A program made the position numbers and the translations under genes. Positions 32,721 to 44,185 of a DNA stretch of 64,000 nt are shown in pieces. Source of the stretch: Acidobacteriota bacterium (GTDB lineage Bacteria; Acidobacteriota; Vicinamibacteria; Vicinamibacterales; JAFNAJ01); assembly GCA_023384575.1 (NCBI GenBank), contig JAHDVP010000020.1, forward strand, positions 2,461-66,460, read 5' to 3'. The first letter of the stretch is position 1. Each line of letters starts with the position of its first letter. The notes beneath the pieces were generated by a model that saw only the letters and a list, made by a program, of their open reading frames with translations, ran no database searches and had not been told where the DNA came from.

Positions 32721-34046
32721 TCAGTCCTCCCAGAGGAGCATGTCGTCGACCGACTGGCGGCGGCGCACGACGCGCCACTGGCCTTCGTCGGCGAGCACCT
32801 CCGGGGGCAGCGGCCTCCGGTTGTAGTTGGACGCCATCACGGCGCCGTAGGCGCCGGCATCGAGAATCGCGACGAGGTCGCCCACCGCGGGATCGGGCAG
32901 GGGCCGGTCGGTGCCGAAGGTGTCGCTCGACTCGCACACCGGGCCGACCACGTCGCAGGCGACGACGGCCCGGTCGTGTTCGACGACGGGCACGATGCGG
33001 TGAAAGGCGTGGTAGAGGGCCGGGCGCAGCAGTTCGGTCATCCCGGCATCGAGCACCGCGAACCGCCGGCCGCCGGGATGCGTCTTCACGTCGACGATCG
33101 TCGCGACGAGCACGCCGGCCGGGGCCACCAGCCAGCGGCCCGGTTCGAGCACGAGCGTCAGGCCGAGACCGCGCGTGGCCTCGACCATCGCAGCGGCGTA
33201 CTCGGCGGGCTCGATGGTCGTGCCGCCGTCGTAGGCGACGCCCATCCCTCCACCGACGTCGAGGTGGTCGAGGCGCACGTCCGAAGCGGTGAGCTCGCGC
33301 GCGAGGCCGGCGAGGGCCTCGGCGGCGCGCCGCAGCGGCTCGACCGACGTGATCTGCGAGCCGACGTGCGCGTGGAGGCCGACGAACTCCAGGCCGGGCC
33401 TGGTCGCGGCGGCCCGGCACAGTTCGGCGGCGGCCTCGAGGGCGACGCCGAACTTGTTGCGCTCGAGGCCCGTCGAGATGTTCGGGTGCGTGTTCGCGTC
33501 GATGTTCGGGTTCACGCGCAGCGCGACGCGCGCGCGCGTGCCCTGGGCGCGGGCGATGGCGTCGAGGCGTTCGAGCTCTCCGGGCGACTCGGCGTTGATC
33601 GCCTTGACGCCGAGGGCGACGGCCCGTTCGAGTTCGTCGCGGGTCTTGCCGACGCCGGTGAACACGATCTGGCCGGGGATGAAACCGGCACGCAGCGCCA
33701 CGTCGATCTCGCCGCCGGAGTTCGCGTCGGCGTTCGCGCCGAGGCCGCGCAGCAGGCGAACGAGCGCGAGCGTCGAGTTGGCCTTGAGCGCGTAGTGCAC
33801 GGCGTGCGGCACGCCGGAGAACGCGGCCTCGAGGGCGCGGTACCGCTCGCGCACGACGCCGGCGCTGTAACAGTAGAACGGGGTGCCGACGGCGGCCGCG
33901 ACGGCGGCGAGGTCGGCGCCGTCGCAGTGGAGGGTGGCGCGATGGGACGTGATCACGATGGCAATCGAGCGGGAGCCGGGTTTCCAGGGATTGTATGCCG
34001 CGAGCGTCGTGACGATCCACTCCCGGCCCGCGCGCCGTGCGGGCAC
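32721..34046 (-). CDS. lysA: Diaminopimelate decarboxylase
   Basis: GTPFYCYS...VHYALKANS (PLP lysine)...SGGEIDVAL...HAHVGSQI...CESSD. GTG start at 34046 (track). An in-frame GTG at 33956 would give a more typical N-terminus. Confidence 0.93.
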   Translation of the reverse strand: MPARRAGREWIVTTLAAYNPWKPGSRSIAIVITSHRATLHCDGADLAAVAAAVGTPFYCYSAGVVRERYRALEAAFSGVPHAVHYALKANSTLALVRLLRGLGANADANSGGEIDVALRAGFIPGQIVFTGVGKTRDELERAVALGVKAINAESPGELERLDAIARAQGTRARVALRVNPNIDANTHPNISTGLERNKFGVALEAAAELCRAAATRPGLEFVGLHAHVGSQITSVEPLRRAAEALAGLARELTASDVRLDHLDVGGGMGVAYDGGTTIEPAEYAAAMVEATRGLGLTLVLEPGRWLVAPAGVLVATIVDVKTHPGGRRFAVLDAGMTELLRPALYHAFHRIVPVVEHDRAVVACDVVGPVCESSDTFGTDRPLPDPAVGDLVAILDAGAYGAVMASNYNRRPLPPEVLADEGQWRVVRRRQSVDDMLLWED

Positions 34047-34066
34047 GACAGACGCCGGCGGGTCGT

Positions 34067-34095
34067 TTGACGCTCCCCTGCCCCTTTGTTATGCT
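34067..34095 (+). promoter_or_regulatory. Candidate sigma70 promoter TTGACG-N17-TATGCT for the ECF sigma/STAS/96-aa/rSAM operon
   Basis: Sequence match only. The implied TSS near 34102 excludes track start 34086 and supports ATG 34134. Confidence 0.45.
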
Positions 34096-34133
34096 GCGGG
34101 GCGGTTCACCGCCTCAGCCTCCCACACGCGTTC

Positions 34134-34736
34134 ATGCCTGCCGATCCCTCTGCCGCGCCGCAGCCCTCAGCCACCGACGGGCTGATCGAGCGCTGCCTCG
34201 AGGGCGACCAGGCCTCGTGGGAGCAGATCGTCCGCCTGCACTGGCGGAAGGTGTTCAACGTGGCCTACAAGTTCGTCGGCAAGCACGACGAGGCCGAGGA
34301 CCTGACGCAGGACATCTTCCTCAAGATCTTCAGGTCGCTGCACACGTTCGACCGGCGCGCGAACTTTCAGACGTGGTTGATCAGCGTCAGCCGGAACCTG
34401 TGCATCGACCACTACCGGTCGGTCAGGAAGGAGCGCGAGACAATCGACCGCGACGTCGACGCCGGCGACCTCTCGCCCGTGTCGCGCGAGGTGAGCCCCT
34501 ACGCCTCGCTCGAGCACGCCAACCAGCGGGCGCTGCTGCGCGAGGCGCTCGACCTGCTCGCGCCGACACTGCGGTCGGCCGTGCTGCTGCGTGACATCAA
34601 GGAGTACTCGTACCAGGAAATCGCCGACACGCTGGAGCTGCCCGAGGGCACGGTCAAATCGCGGATCAACCGCGGCCGTCTCGAACTCGCGCGCCAGATT
34701 CGTCGTCTTCAGGAAAGAAGCGGAGCCAGGGAATGA
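34134..34736 (+). CDS. ECF sigma-70 family sigma factor
   Basis: Region 2: HDEAEDLTQDIFLKIFRSLHTFDRRANFQTWLISVSRNLCIDHYR. Region 4: RSAVLLRDIKEYSYQEIADTLELPEGTVKSRINRGR. Confidence 0.88.
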   Translation: MPADPSAAPQPSATDGLIERCLEGDQASWEQIVRLHWRKVFNVAYKFVGKHDEAEDLTQDIFLKIFRSLHTFDRRANFQTWLISVSRNLCIDHYRSVRKERETIDRDVDAGDLSPVSREVSPYASLEHANQRALLREALDLLAPTLRSAVLLRDIKEYSYQEIADTLELPEGTVKSRINRGRLELARQIRRLQERSGARE

Positions 34737-35089
34737 ACCTGACCACCGAACGCGTGCAGGACGTCACGATCGTCCGGGTGAAGGAGACCCGGATGATGTA
34801 CCCGCTGCTCGGGGAGTTCTCGACCACCGTGTCGGGGCTGATCACCGACGGCACCCGGAAGCTCGTCGTCGACCTCGCCGAGGTGGCCTACGTCGACTCG
34901 GCCACCATCGGCTGCCTCATGGACCTCTATCGCCAGATGTCGGCCGTCGGTGGCGCGTTCAAGCTCGCCTCGGTGCAGCGGCGCGTCGAGACGATGCTGA
35001 CGATGACGGGGGCCCAGAACTTCATCGACGTCCACCAGAGCGAGCCGGAGGCCATCGAGAGTTTCGGGGGCGGAGATGGCCACGATTAG
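34733..35089 (+). CDS. STAS-domain anti-sigma-factor antagonist (SpoIIAA/RsbV-like)
   Basis: ATGA overlap with the sigma stop. VTIVRVKE...LVVDLAEVAYVDSATIGCLMDLYRQ...FKLASVQRRVETMLTMTG. Conserved phospho-Ser position is S56 (34898-34900). Confidence 0.85.
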   Translation: MNLTTERVQDVTIVRVKETRMMYPLLGEFSTTVSGLITDGTRKLVVDLAEVAYVDSATIGCLMDLYRQMSAVGGAFKLASVQRRVETMLTMTGAQNFIDVHQSEPEAIESFGGGDGHD

Positions 35090-35366
35090 AACCTCGTCGG
35101 GCGCGCCGCTCGAGCTCGACGGCGACCTGCTGGCCGTCCTCGAGGCCCTGTACCGCGAGGTGACGGTGAAGCGCGACCTCGACCGGACGTTCGAGGACAT
35201 GATGCGCGAGATCCAGCACCTCGTCGACCAGATGTCGGAAGACGACCGGCGGGCCTATCTCGTCGAGAGCCTGTTCCTGAACACCGTCAGCTACGAGAAC
35301 GAGCGGCTCAACGCGTACGTTCGCGAGCTCGCGCGGGTCGCGCAGGAACTGACCGACACCGAGTGA
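35076..35366 (+). CDS. Hypothetical 96-aa acidic, predicted all-helical protein
   Basis: Very high GC3 across the whole ORF. 14-nt overlap with the STAS gene. I recognise no family. Confidence 0.7.
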   Translation: MATIRTSSGAPLELDGDLLAVLEALYREVTVKRDLDRTFEDMMREIQHLVDQMSEDDRRAYLVESLFLNTVSYENERLNAYVRELARVAQELTDTE

Positions 35367-35394
35367 CCCGGCGCGCCCGCGCCGGCCCCGCCCG

Positions 35395-36753
35395 ATGTCC
35401 GACCACCACCTCGCCACGCGCTTCACCTGCTCCTGGCCGTGGGAGACGCTCGTGCTGCTCTGCGACGGGCGGCTCGTCTGCGGCTGCTCCGACCCCTACG
35501 CGAAGCGCGTGCTCGGCGACGCGCGGCGCGAACAGGTCGCGGAGGTCTGGACGGGAGAGCGGGCCTCGCGCCTGCGCCTCGACCTCGACGCCGGCGGCTC
35601 CAGCTTCTGCGGCGACTGCCCGCTCAAGCTCCCGCTCGCCGACGACGAGCCGGCGCCGCGGCGGCCGCTCGACGTGGGCCGCCTGCCCAGCCGCCTCTAC
35701 GTCGAGACGACGGCAGCCTGCAACATCTCGTGCTTCGAGGCCTGCTGTGCGCCCGAGACCGGCATCACGCGCACGCGCCAGGCCGGCATGCTCGACTTCG
35801 AACTCTTCCGCCGTGTGGTCGACGAGACCGCGCCGACGCTCGTCCGCATCGACTTCTTCAACTACGGCGAGGCGTTCCTCCACAAGCGCGCCGTCGAGAT
35901 GTGCGAGTACATCAAGGCACGCTACCCGCACGTGTTCCTCTACACCAGCACCAACGGGCTCGCCTTCACCGAGGCGCAGGTGCGCCGGCTCGTCGCGTCG
36001 GGTATCGACGAGGTGACCTTCTCGATCGACGGCGCCACGCCCGAGAGCTACGCGCGCTACCGCCAGCGCGGCGACTTCGCGAAGGCCCTCGCCACCCTGC
36101 GCGCGGCCGTCGATGAGAAACGCCGGCTCGGCACCGACGTGCCGTTCCTCAACTGGCGCTACATCCTGTTCCGGTGGAACGACAGCGACCGCGAACTGGC
36201 CCTGGCGCGCCGGCTGGCGGCCGACGTCGGTGTCGACCGCCTGTGCTGGGAACTGACCGACCACCCGGAGAGCGCCTTCTCGCGCCGGTTCGTGCGCGGC
36301 TCGGCCGACCTGTCGGCGATCCGGCACGAGGTCTGGGACGACAACCAGCTCGGCAACGCCATCCCGGGCGCGACGCCGCGCGCCCGAATCGCCCTGCCCG
36401 GCCTCGCCCCCGGCGCTTCGTTGTCGGCCGGCCCCGGCACCCCCCTCGACCTCGTCGCGCGCGTCCGCAACCTCTGTCAGCGGCCGTTCCCCGCGCGCGC
36501 GTCGTACGGGCGCCGGCTCGTGCGGCTCGGCGCCCAGTTCGTGCGGGCCGACGGCGGCGTCGATCGGGATCACGCGCGGGCCGCCCTCCCCACGGATCTC
36601 GCGCCGGGCGCGTGGATCGACCTGCCCATCACGCTGCCCGTCCCGGCCACGCCGGGTCGGTACCAGGTGCGATTCGACCTGGTCTACGAGGGCATCGAGT
36701 GGTTCGAGGCCTGCGGATCGGAGGTCACCATCCGCGAGGTGATCGTCCAGTAG
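35395..36753 (+). CDS. Radical SAM enzyme with N-terminal twitch/SPASM-like Cys domain, non-canonical CX3CX3CC motif and C-terminal Ig-like domain
   Basis: N-terminal Cys domain: CSWPWETLVLLCDGRLVCGC...VWTG...FCGDCP (aa 12-75). Core: LYVETTAACNISCFEACCAP (35719-35748), NYGEAFLH, YTSTNG, FSIDG. C-terminus: ...APGAWIDLPITLPVPATPGRYQVRFDLVYEGIEWF. Confidence 0.8.
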   Translation: MSDHHLATRFTCSWPWETLVLLCDGRLVCGCSDPYAKRVLGDARREQVAEVWTGERASRLRLDLDAGGSSFCGDCPLKLPLADDEPAPRRPLDVGRLPSRLYVETTAACNISCFEACCAPETGITRTRQAGMLDFELFRRVVDETAPTLVRIDFFNYGEAFLHKRAVEMCEYIKARYPHVFLYTSTNGLAFTEAQVRRLVASGIDEVTFSIDGATPESYARYRQRGDFAKALATLRAAVDEKRRLGTDVPFLNWRYILFRWNDSDRELALARRLAADVGVDRLCWELTDHPESAFSRRFVRGSADLSAIRHEVWDDNQLGNAIPGATPRARIALPGLAPGASLSAGPGTPLDLVARVRNLCQRPFPARASYGRRLVRLGAQFVRADGGVDRDHARAALPTDLAPGAWIDLPITLPVPATPGRYQVRFDLVYEGIEWFEACGSEVTIREVIVQ

Positions 36754-36790
36754 CGCCGGGGCCGGTCGAAGGACGCCAGCGGCGCACACG

Positions 36791-36823
36791 AAAAAAACGG
36801 TGGCCGCCACGAAGGCGACCACC
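36791..36823 (-). terminator. Classical intrinsic terminator of lpxC
   Basis: Minus-strand RNA is GGUGGUCGCC-UUCGU-GGCGGCCACC-G-UUUUUUU. That is a 10-bp stem (one G-U pair), a 5-nt loop and a U7 tract, starting 36 nt after the lpxC stop. Confidence 0.8.
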
Positions 36824-36858
36824 GCGGGAGGAGGTCCGGGACGAAAGTTGGCCGCCGG

Positions 36859-37770
36859 TCAGCGCGCGAGCGGCGTGGCGCCGACCGTCGTCCGGGCGCC
36901 GACGCCGATGGCCGACGGCTCGGCGACGTCGGCGACGATCTGCCAGGCATCGGTCTCGGCGAGCAGTTTCCGGCCAAACGCGGTGTGCAGGGCGTGTCCG
37001 CCGCGGTGCACCACGAGGTGGCCGACGAGCGGGTGCCCGACGAGCGCCAGATCGCCGATGGCATCGAGGATCTTGTGGCGGACGAACTCGTCCTCGAACC
37101 TCAGCGTGTTGAGCGCGCCCGTCTCACCGAGGACCACCGCGTTGTCGAGCGACCCGCCGAGCGCGAGCCCGCGCTGCCGCATCATCTCGACCTCCTTGAG
37201 GAAGCCGAACGTGCGCGCCGGCGCGATCTCCTCGACGAACGTCTCCTCGTCGACGCTGATGGTCCGCGACTGGTGCCTGAGCAACGGGTGATCGAAGCTG
37301 ATCGTGTACGACACCTTGAAACGATCGGCGGGGTACAACGCCACCGACTTGTCACCCTCGGCCAGCGTGACGGGCCGGATCACCTTGAGAAACCGCCGGG
37401 GCTCGCCGAGCTTCCGGATGCCGGCTTCCTGGATGAGATAAATGAACGGCGCCGCGCTGCCATCCATGATCGGCACTTCGGGCTGGCTCAACTCCACGAG
37501 CACGTTGTCGACGCCCTGGCTGACGAGCGCCGCGAGCAGGTGCTCGACGGTTTCGACCGACGCGCCTCCGCGGGCAAGACCCGTGGCGAGCGTGATGCTC
37601 GACACGTAGTCGACGGCGGCGGGAATCTCGAGGCCGTCGAGGTCGACACGAACGAACCGGATCCCATGCCCGGCCGGGGCCGGCCGCAGGGTGAGCGAGA
37701 CTTTCCGGCCCGAGTGCAACCCGATACCAGAGCAGGCAATGGGACGACGAAGCGTACGTTGAGCAGCCAT
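36859..37770 (-). CDS. lpxC: UDP-3-O-acyl-N-acetylglucosamine deacetylase
   Basis: Start at ATG (complement 37768-37770): MAAQRTLRRPIACSGIGLHSGRKVSLTLRPAPAGHGIRFVRVDL, collinear with known LpxC N-termini. Also VETVEHLLAAL and HKILDAIGDL. Confidence 0.95.
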   Translation of the reverse strand: MAAQRTLRRPIACSGIGLHSGRKVSLTLRPAPAGHGIRFVRVDLDGLEIPAAVDYVSSITLATGLARGGASVETVEHLLAALVSQGVDNVLVELSQPEVPIMDGSAAPFIYLIQEAGIRKLGEPRRFLKVIRPVTLAEGDKSVALYPADRFKVSYTISFDHPLLRHQSRTISVDEETFVEEIAPARTFGFLKEVEMMRQRGLALGGSLDNAVVLGETGALNTLRFEDEFVRHKILDAIGDLALVGHPLVGHLVVHRGGHALHTAFGRKLLAETDAWQIVADVAEPSAIGVGARTTVGATPLAR

Positions 37771-38070
37771 CAAGGTCTCGGCGACGACATGAACGGGGCC
37801 ACAGGAGCCCCTGCCCTCCTCAAGCAACAACCATTCCGCACCGATCGAAACTCGAAGAATGTCTATAACATATTTATTTGCATAAGGTTACATGGAAGAG
37901 ATCGAAAGGTGCTCGGCCCAGTGACAGCCGAAGTGTGGCTCTGAAGCCACACCGCGACGTCGACGGACCGTGTCGTTCGGACCACAGTGCCACCACCTGC
38001 GGTGGGATCACTTCGCAGAAACGCCACCCCTCGCGGCCAGGGCCCGCCAAGAACTTGACGATCGCGTACG

Positions 38071-40935
<2,865 letters not shown>

Positions 40936-41007
40936 GGCGGTACAGCGAGATCCGGGCAGACGAAGCCAAATCAGGGATTGTACCACGTGGTTCGCGCGTG
41001 GACGCGG

Positions 41008-42018
41008 CTACGGGGTGGGGAACCGCCAGAGGGTGTCGTTCGAGGTGACGAAGAGGGTGCCGTCGGGGCCGAACGCCAGGCCCACGAGGCCCGGCCCGGC
41101 CACGACGAGCTCGGGCGGGCCCTCCGGCGCGAGGCGGTACACGCCGCTCGCCCCGGCGAGCGCCTCGACCACGTGAAGGTGCCCGTGGACGTCGAACGCC
41201 AGACCCTGCGGCCGGCCGAACGCCACCCCGAGCCTGTCGACCTGGCCCGTGGGCGACACCCGATACACGGGATCGCAGGGCGAGAGCGTCGGCGCCGTGA
41301 CGAACACGTGCCCGTCGCTCGACAGCGCGAGGTGGAAGGCCGCCATGCTCGGCGGTAACGACGCAAACGGCGTCGCGACGCCGTCCGGGCCGATGCGGAA
41401 CACGGTGCCCGCCCGGTCGCCGACGAACAGCGTACCGTCGGGCGCGAACGCGAGACCGCTGGCGACGCCGAGATCGGTGTGGACGACGTCGACCGTGCCA
41501 TCGGGCCCCACGCGCGACACCGAGCCGTCGAACCGGCTCGAGACGTGCAGCCGGCCCTCGGGGTCGAAGGCGAGCGAGGTGGCGTTGGTGATCCCCGAGG
41601 CGAACAGTTCACGCACGCCGTCCGGCCGCACGCGATACACCGACACGGCCGTCTGCTGCCCACGGCTGCCGCTGCAGGTCACGTACACCCGGCCCTGGGC
41701 GTCCACGAGCGGGTTGTCGACCTGGTGGAACCCGCTCGCCACGGGCTCGGCGACCTCGACGAGCGGCGTCTCGCCGGGCACGCCGTCGACGCGAACGGTC
41801 GCACGACCCGCCGCGCCGTCGGGCACGATCGCGACCAACCGGTCGGGCGAGGCGAAGACCACCCGCGCCGCCACGCCGCCCACGCGCACCGGCGGCAGTT
41901 CGACGCCGTCGAACGGGAATGGGCCGCCCTCGATCGCGAGCCGGGCGCCGGGCAGGACACGGCTCGGCCTGAGCGCCGCGATACGGGAGACGGAAGAGGC
42001 AGCGGCACGGGGCGGCAT
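41008..42018 (-). CDS. IPT/TIG domain + six-bladed beta-propeller (NHL/SMP-30-like) protein
   Basis: Trimmed from track ORF 41008..42216(-) to ATG (complement 42016-42018). N-terminal region ...[13 protein letters not shown]...[23 protein letters not shown] is IPT-like. It is followed by repeated ...G.L(F/H)V... blades (GRVYVT, GRLHVS, GTLFVG, GHVFVT, GHLHVV, GTLFVT). Confidence 0.7.
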   Translation of the reverse strand: MPPRAAASSVSRIAALRPSRVLPGARLAIEGGPFPFDGVELPPVRVGGVAARVVFASPDRLVAIVPDGAAGRATVRVDGVPGETPLVEVAEPVASGFHQVDNPLVDAQGRVYVTCSGSRGQQTAVSVYRVRPDGVRELFASGITNATSLAFDPEGRLHVSSRFDGSVSRVGPDGTVDVVHTDLGVASGLAFAPDGTLFVGDRAGTVFRIGPDGVATPFASLPPSMAAFHLALSSDGHVFVTAPTLSPCDPVYRVSPTGQVDRLGVAFGRPQGLAFDVHGHLHVVEALAGASGVYRLAPEGPPELVVAGPGLVGLAFGPDGTLFVTSNDTLWRFPTP

Positions 42019-42029
42019 GCGGCGGGCCC

Positions 42030-42566
42030 CTACGATTCGTCGTCCAGTTCGACGTTCCAGTAGAGGTAGTCGCGCCAGCTCTCTGGCGCGTGCCGCAGAC
42101 CGATCGTGATGCGAAGCGCCGGGGCCTTCCTCGGCCGGCGCGGCTCGCGCACGAGGTGCATGCCCGCCTCCGCGGGCGTGCGCCCGCCCTTGCGCCGGTT
42201 GCACCGGACGCAGCACGTGACGATGTTCTCCCAGTCCTTGCGACCGCCCTGCGCGACCGGGACCACGTGATCGAAGGTCAGGTCCGGCAGCGGGAACCTT
42301 CGCCCGCAGTACTGACAGGCGTGGTCGTCGCGCGCGTAGATGTTCGCCCGGGAGAACGGCACGTAGTCGAGTTGCCGCTTCATCCGCACGAGCCGCAGCA
42401 GCCGGATGACCGACGGCAGCTTGAAGCTGAACGAAACTGCCCTCACCTCACGGTCGTAGACCGAGATGATCTCGACCTTACCCTGGCACCACAGCGTGAC
42501 GGCCTTCTGCCAGTGGACGACCTTGAGCGGTTCGTACGTCGCGTTGAGAAGGAGCGTCTGCTCCAT
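42030..42566 (-). CDS. HNH endonuclease (small stand-alone McrA-like family)
   Basis: CQYCG...FDHVVPVAQGGRKDWENIVTCCVRCNRRKG (HNH with two CxxC pairs). Lies 11 nt upstream of the propeller gene. Confidence 0.85.
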   Translation of the reverse strand: MEQTLLLNATYEPLKVVHWQKAVTLWCQGKVEIISVYDREVRAVSFSFKLPSVIRLLRLVRMKRQLDYVPFSRANIYARDDHACQYCGRRFPLPDLTFDHVVPVAQGGRKDWENIVTCCVRCNRRKGGRTPAEAGMHLVREPRRPRKAPALRITIGLRHAPESWRDYLYWNVELDDES

Positions 42567-42776
42567 GGGACATTCTGTTCGGAAGCGCCGACCGGCGTCA
42601 ACGAGTCGTACGATTGTAACACGAACGGGATAAACGAGTTACAGGACCGCTGCCAGGCGGGGTCCGGGGAGGGGCTTCCCCATGGCGCCGACGCCCTCCC
42701 GGTACTTCGCGCCGCGATCTCCGCGAAGGCCGGGCGCGGGGTGTCCTCGACCGGCCGATCGGCCGATAGGCCAGAC

Positions 42777-43280
42777 ATGCCCGGTCGGTGGCCCCGAGTC
42801 GTCCTCGTCGTCCTCGTGGCCGCGCTCGCGGCCGGATGCGCCTCGGGTGGTGGACGCCCGCGCCCGTTTCCCACACCCGGCGAACGCGCACCGAGTGCCG
42901 CGCCCGCCGCCCCGCGGGCCCCCGGGGTGATTCAGACGGCCCTCGACCTGCTCGGCACTCCCTATCGCAACGGGGGCGCAGACCCGTCGGGCTTCGACTG
43001 CAGCGGGTACATCGCCTACGTTTTCGCCAGCGAGGGCGTGACGCTGCCCCGGACGGTCGAGGATCTCTACCGGGCCACCGTGCCCGTCGACGAGGCGGGC
43101 GCGCGGGCGGGAGATCTGGTCTTCTTCACGACCGTCGCGCGCGGGCCCTCGCACGTCGGTCTGGCGCTCGGTGACGGCACCTTCGTGCACGCGCCGAGCT
43201 CGCGAGGCGTCGTCCGGGTCGAACGCCTCGACGAGCGCTACTGGCGGCAGCGGTTCCTGGGTGCCAGGCGGGTGCCCTGA
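42777..43280 (+). CDS. NlpC/P60 family peptidoglycan endopeptidase lipoprotein
   Basis: Trimmed from track ORF 42090(+) to ATG 42777. Lipobox LAAGC. Catalytic GFDCSGYIAYVF ... SHVGLALGDGTFVHA. Confidence 0.88.
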   Translation: MPGRWPRVVLVVLVAALAAGCASGGGRPRPFPTPGERAPSAAPAAPRAPGVIQTALDLLGTPYRNGGADPSGFDCSGYIAYVFASEGVTLPRTVEDLYRATVPVDEAGARAGDLVFFTTVARGPSHVGLALGDGTFVHAPSSRGVVRVERLDERYWRQRFLGARRVP

Positions 43281-43284
43281 CCGG

Positions 43285-44088
43285 TCAGGCGGCGAGGGCC
43301 GCGGCTGCCGTGAGGCGTCGCGTGCCTTCTCTCGCGAACTCGCGCACGCACAGGTCGGCTTCGGTGTAGACCGCCGGCTGCGACGGGCGCTTCACGGGGA
43401 CCACGCGCACGTCGGGCGCGTCGGGCTGCGTGTCGAGTGCAACCTCGTATCGTTGTGGGTACGACGGGTAGTTGCGGAAGGTCGTGGCCACGACGCCGCC
43501 GAAACGCGCGACGAGGCCATCGAAGTCGTACCGGAGGAACTCGTAGACCGCGGGATCGGGCCGCGTGGCGAGGTACTCGCGCACGAAGCCGGCGACGCGG
43601 TCGAAGAAGCCTGCCCCGTGCGACCGGCTGCGGCCGTCGTCGGCGGCGGCATGGCGCAGCCCGCACGCGTTCGGGTCGATGTGATAGAGCTCGTGGACGA
43701 TGGTGTCGAGCCGCGCGATCCACTCGGGGCCGCCGGGATAGCGCGTCGCCTTGGGGGTGCCGCCGAGCGGCTGGTCGACGAACCGCGGCAGCGAGAGCGA
43801 CACGAGGTACGCGATGCGCCGTCGGCCCACCCGGACCTCCGGCGACTTCGTGACGAACCACTCGGAGCGGCGCGTCAGCGTCCCCGTGGCGCGGTCGCGC
43901 CAGAAGTAATAGCCCGGCGCGCTCGTCGGCAGCGTGAGGCAGTGGCACGTCGCGAACGGACCGTCGGCGTCGGCGCGCCCCGGGCGGCCGAACACGAGCA
44001 CCTGTGACGGGTCGATGTCGGCGAGCGCCTCGACCCGCGACACGATGTCGCGCATGAGGGTCTCGACACGCTGCGTGTAGTGAATCAT
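43285..44088 (-). CDS. Hypothetical HExxH protein (putative zinc metallopeptidase-like)
   Basis: IVHELYHID motif. High GC3. Start set at ATG (complement 44086-44088) because the upstream mtgA ends at 44186. Family not recognised. Confidence 0.6.
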   Translation of the reverse strand: MIHYTQRVETLMRDIVSRVEALADIDPSQVLVFGRPGRADADGPFATCHCLTLPTSAPGYYFWRDRATGTLTRRSEWFVTKSPEVRVGRRRIAYLVSLSLPRFVDQPLGGTPKATRYPGGPEWIARLDTIVHELYHIDPNACGLRHAAADDGRSRSHGAGFFDRVAGFVREYLATRPDPAVYEFLRYDFDGLVARFGGVVATTFRNYPSYPQRYEVALDTQPDAPDVRVVPVKRPSQPAVYTEADLCVREFAREGTRRLTAAAALAA

Positions 44089-44185
44089 CGCCGTGCTGCT
44101 CGGCGGGGGCCGGGGGGCCTCCATTTGTCGCGCCTTTTCGGGCCCGCGGTCAAGCACAGCCAGACCGGGACCGCCGCCTCGTCTG

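Noticed and set aside
42567-42776. Possible c-di-AMP (ydaO-type) riboswitch upstream of the NlpC/P60 gene
   Set aside because: The genomic context fits, and there are loose resemblances (GGCGGGGTCC; CCGACGCCCTCCCGGTACTTCGCG). However, the conserved GGGGACCCA, GGUGAAUC and ACCUCGUAAGCG blocks I remember are absent. It needs an Infernal scan to settle.
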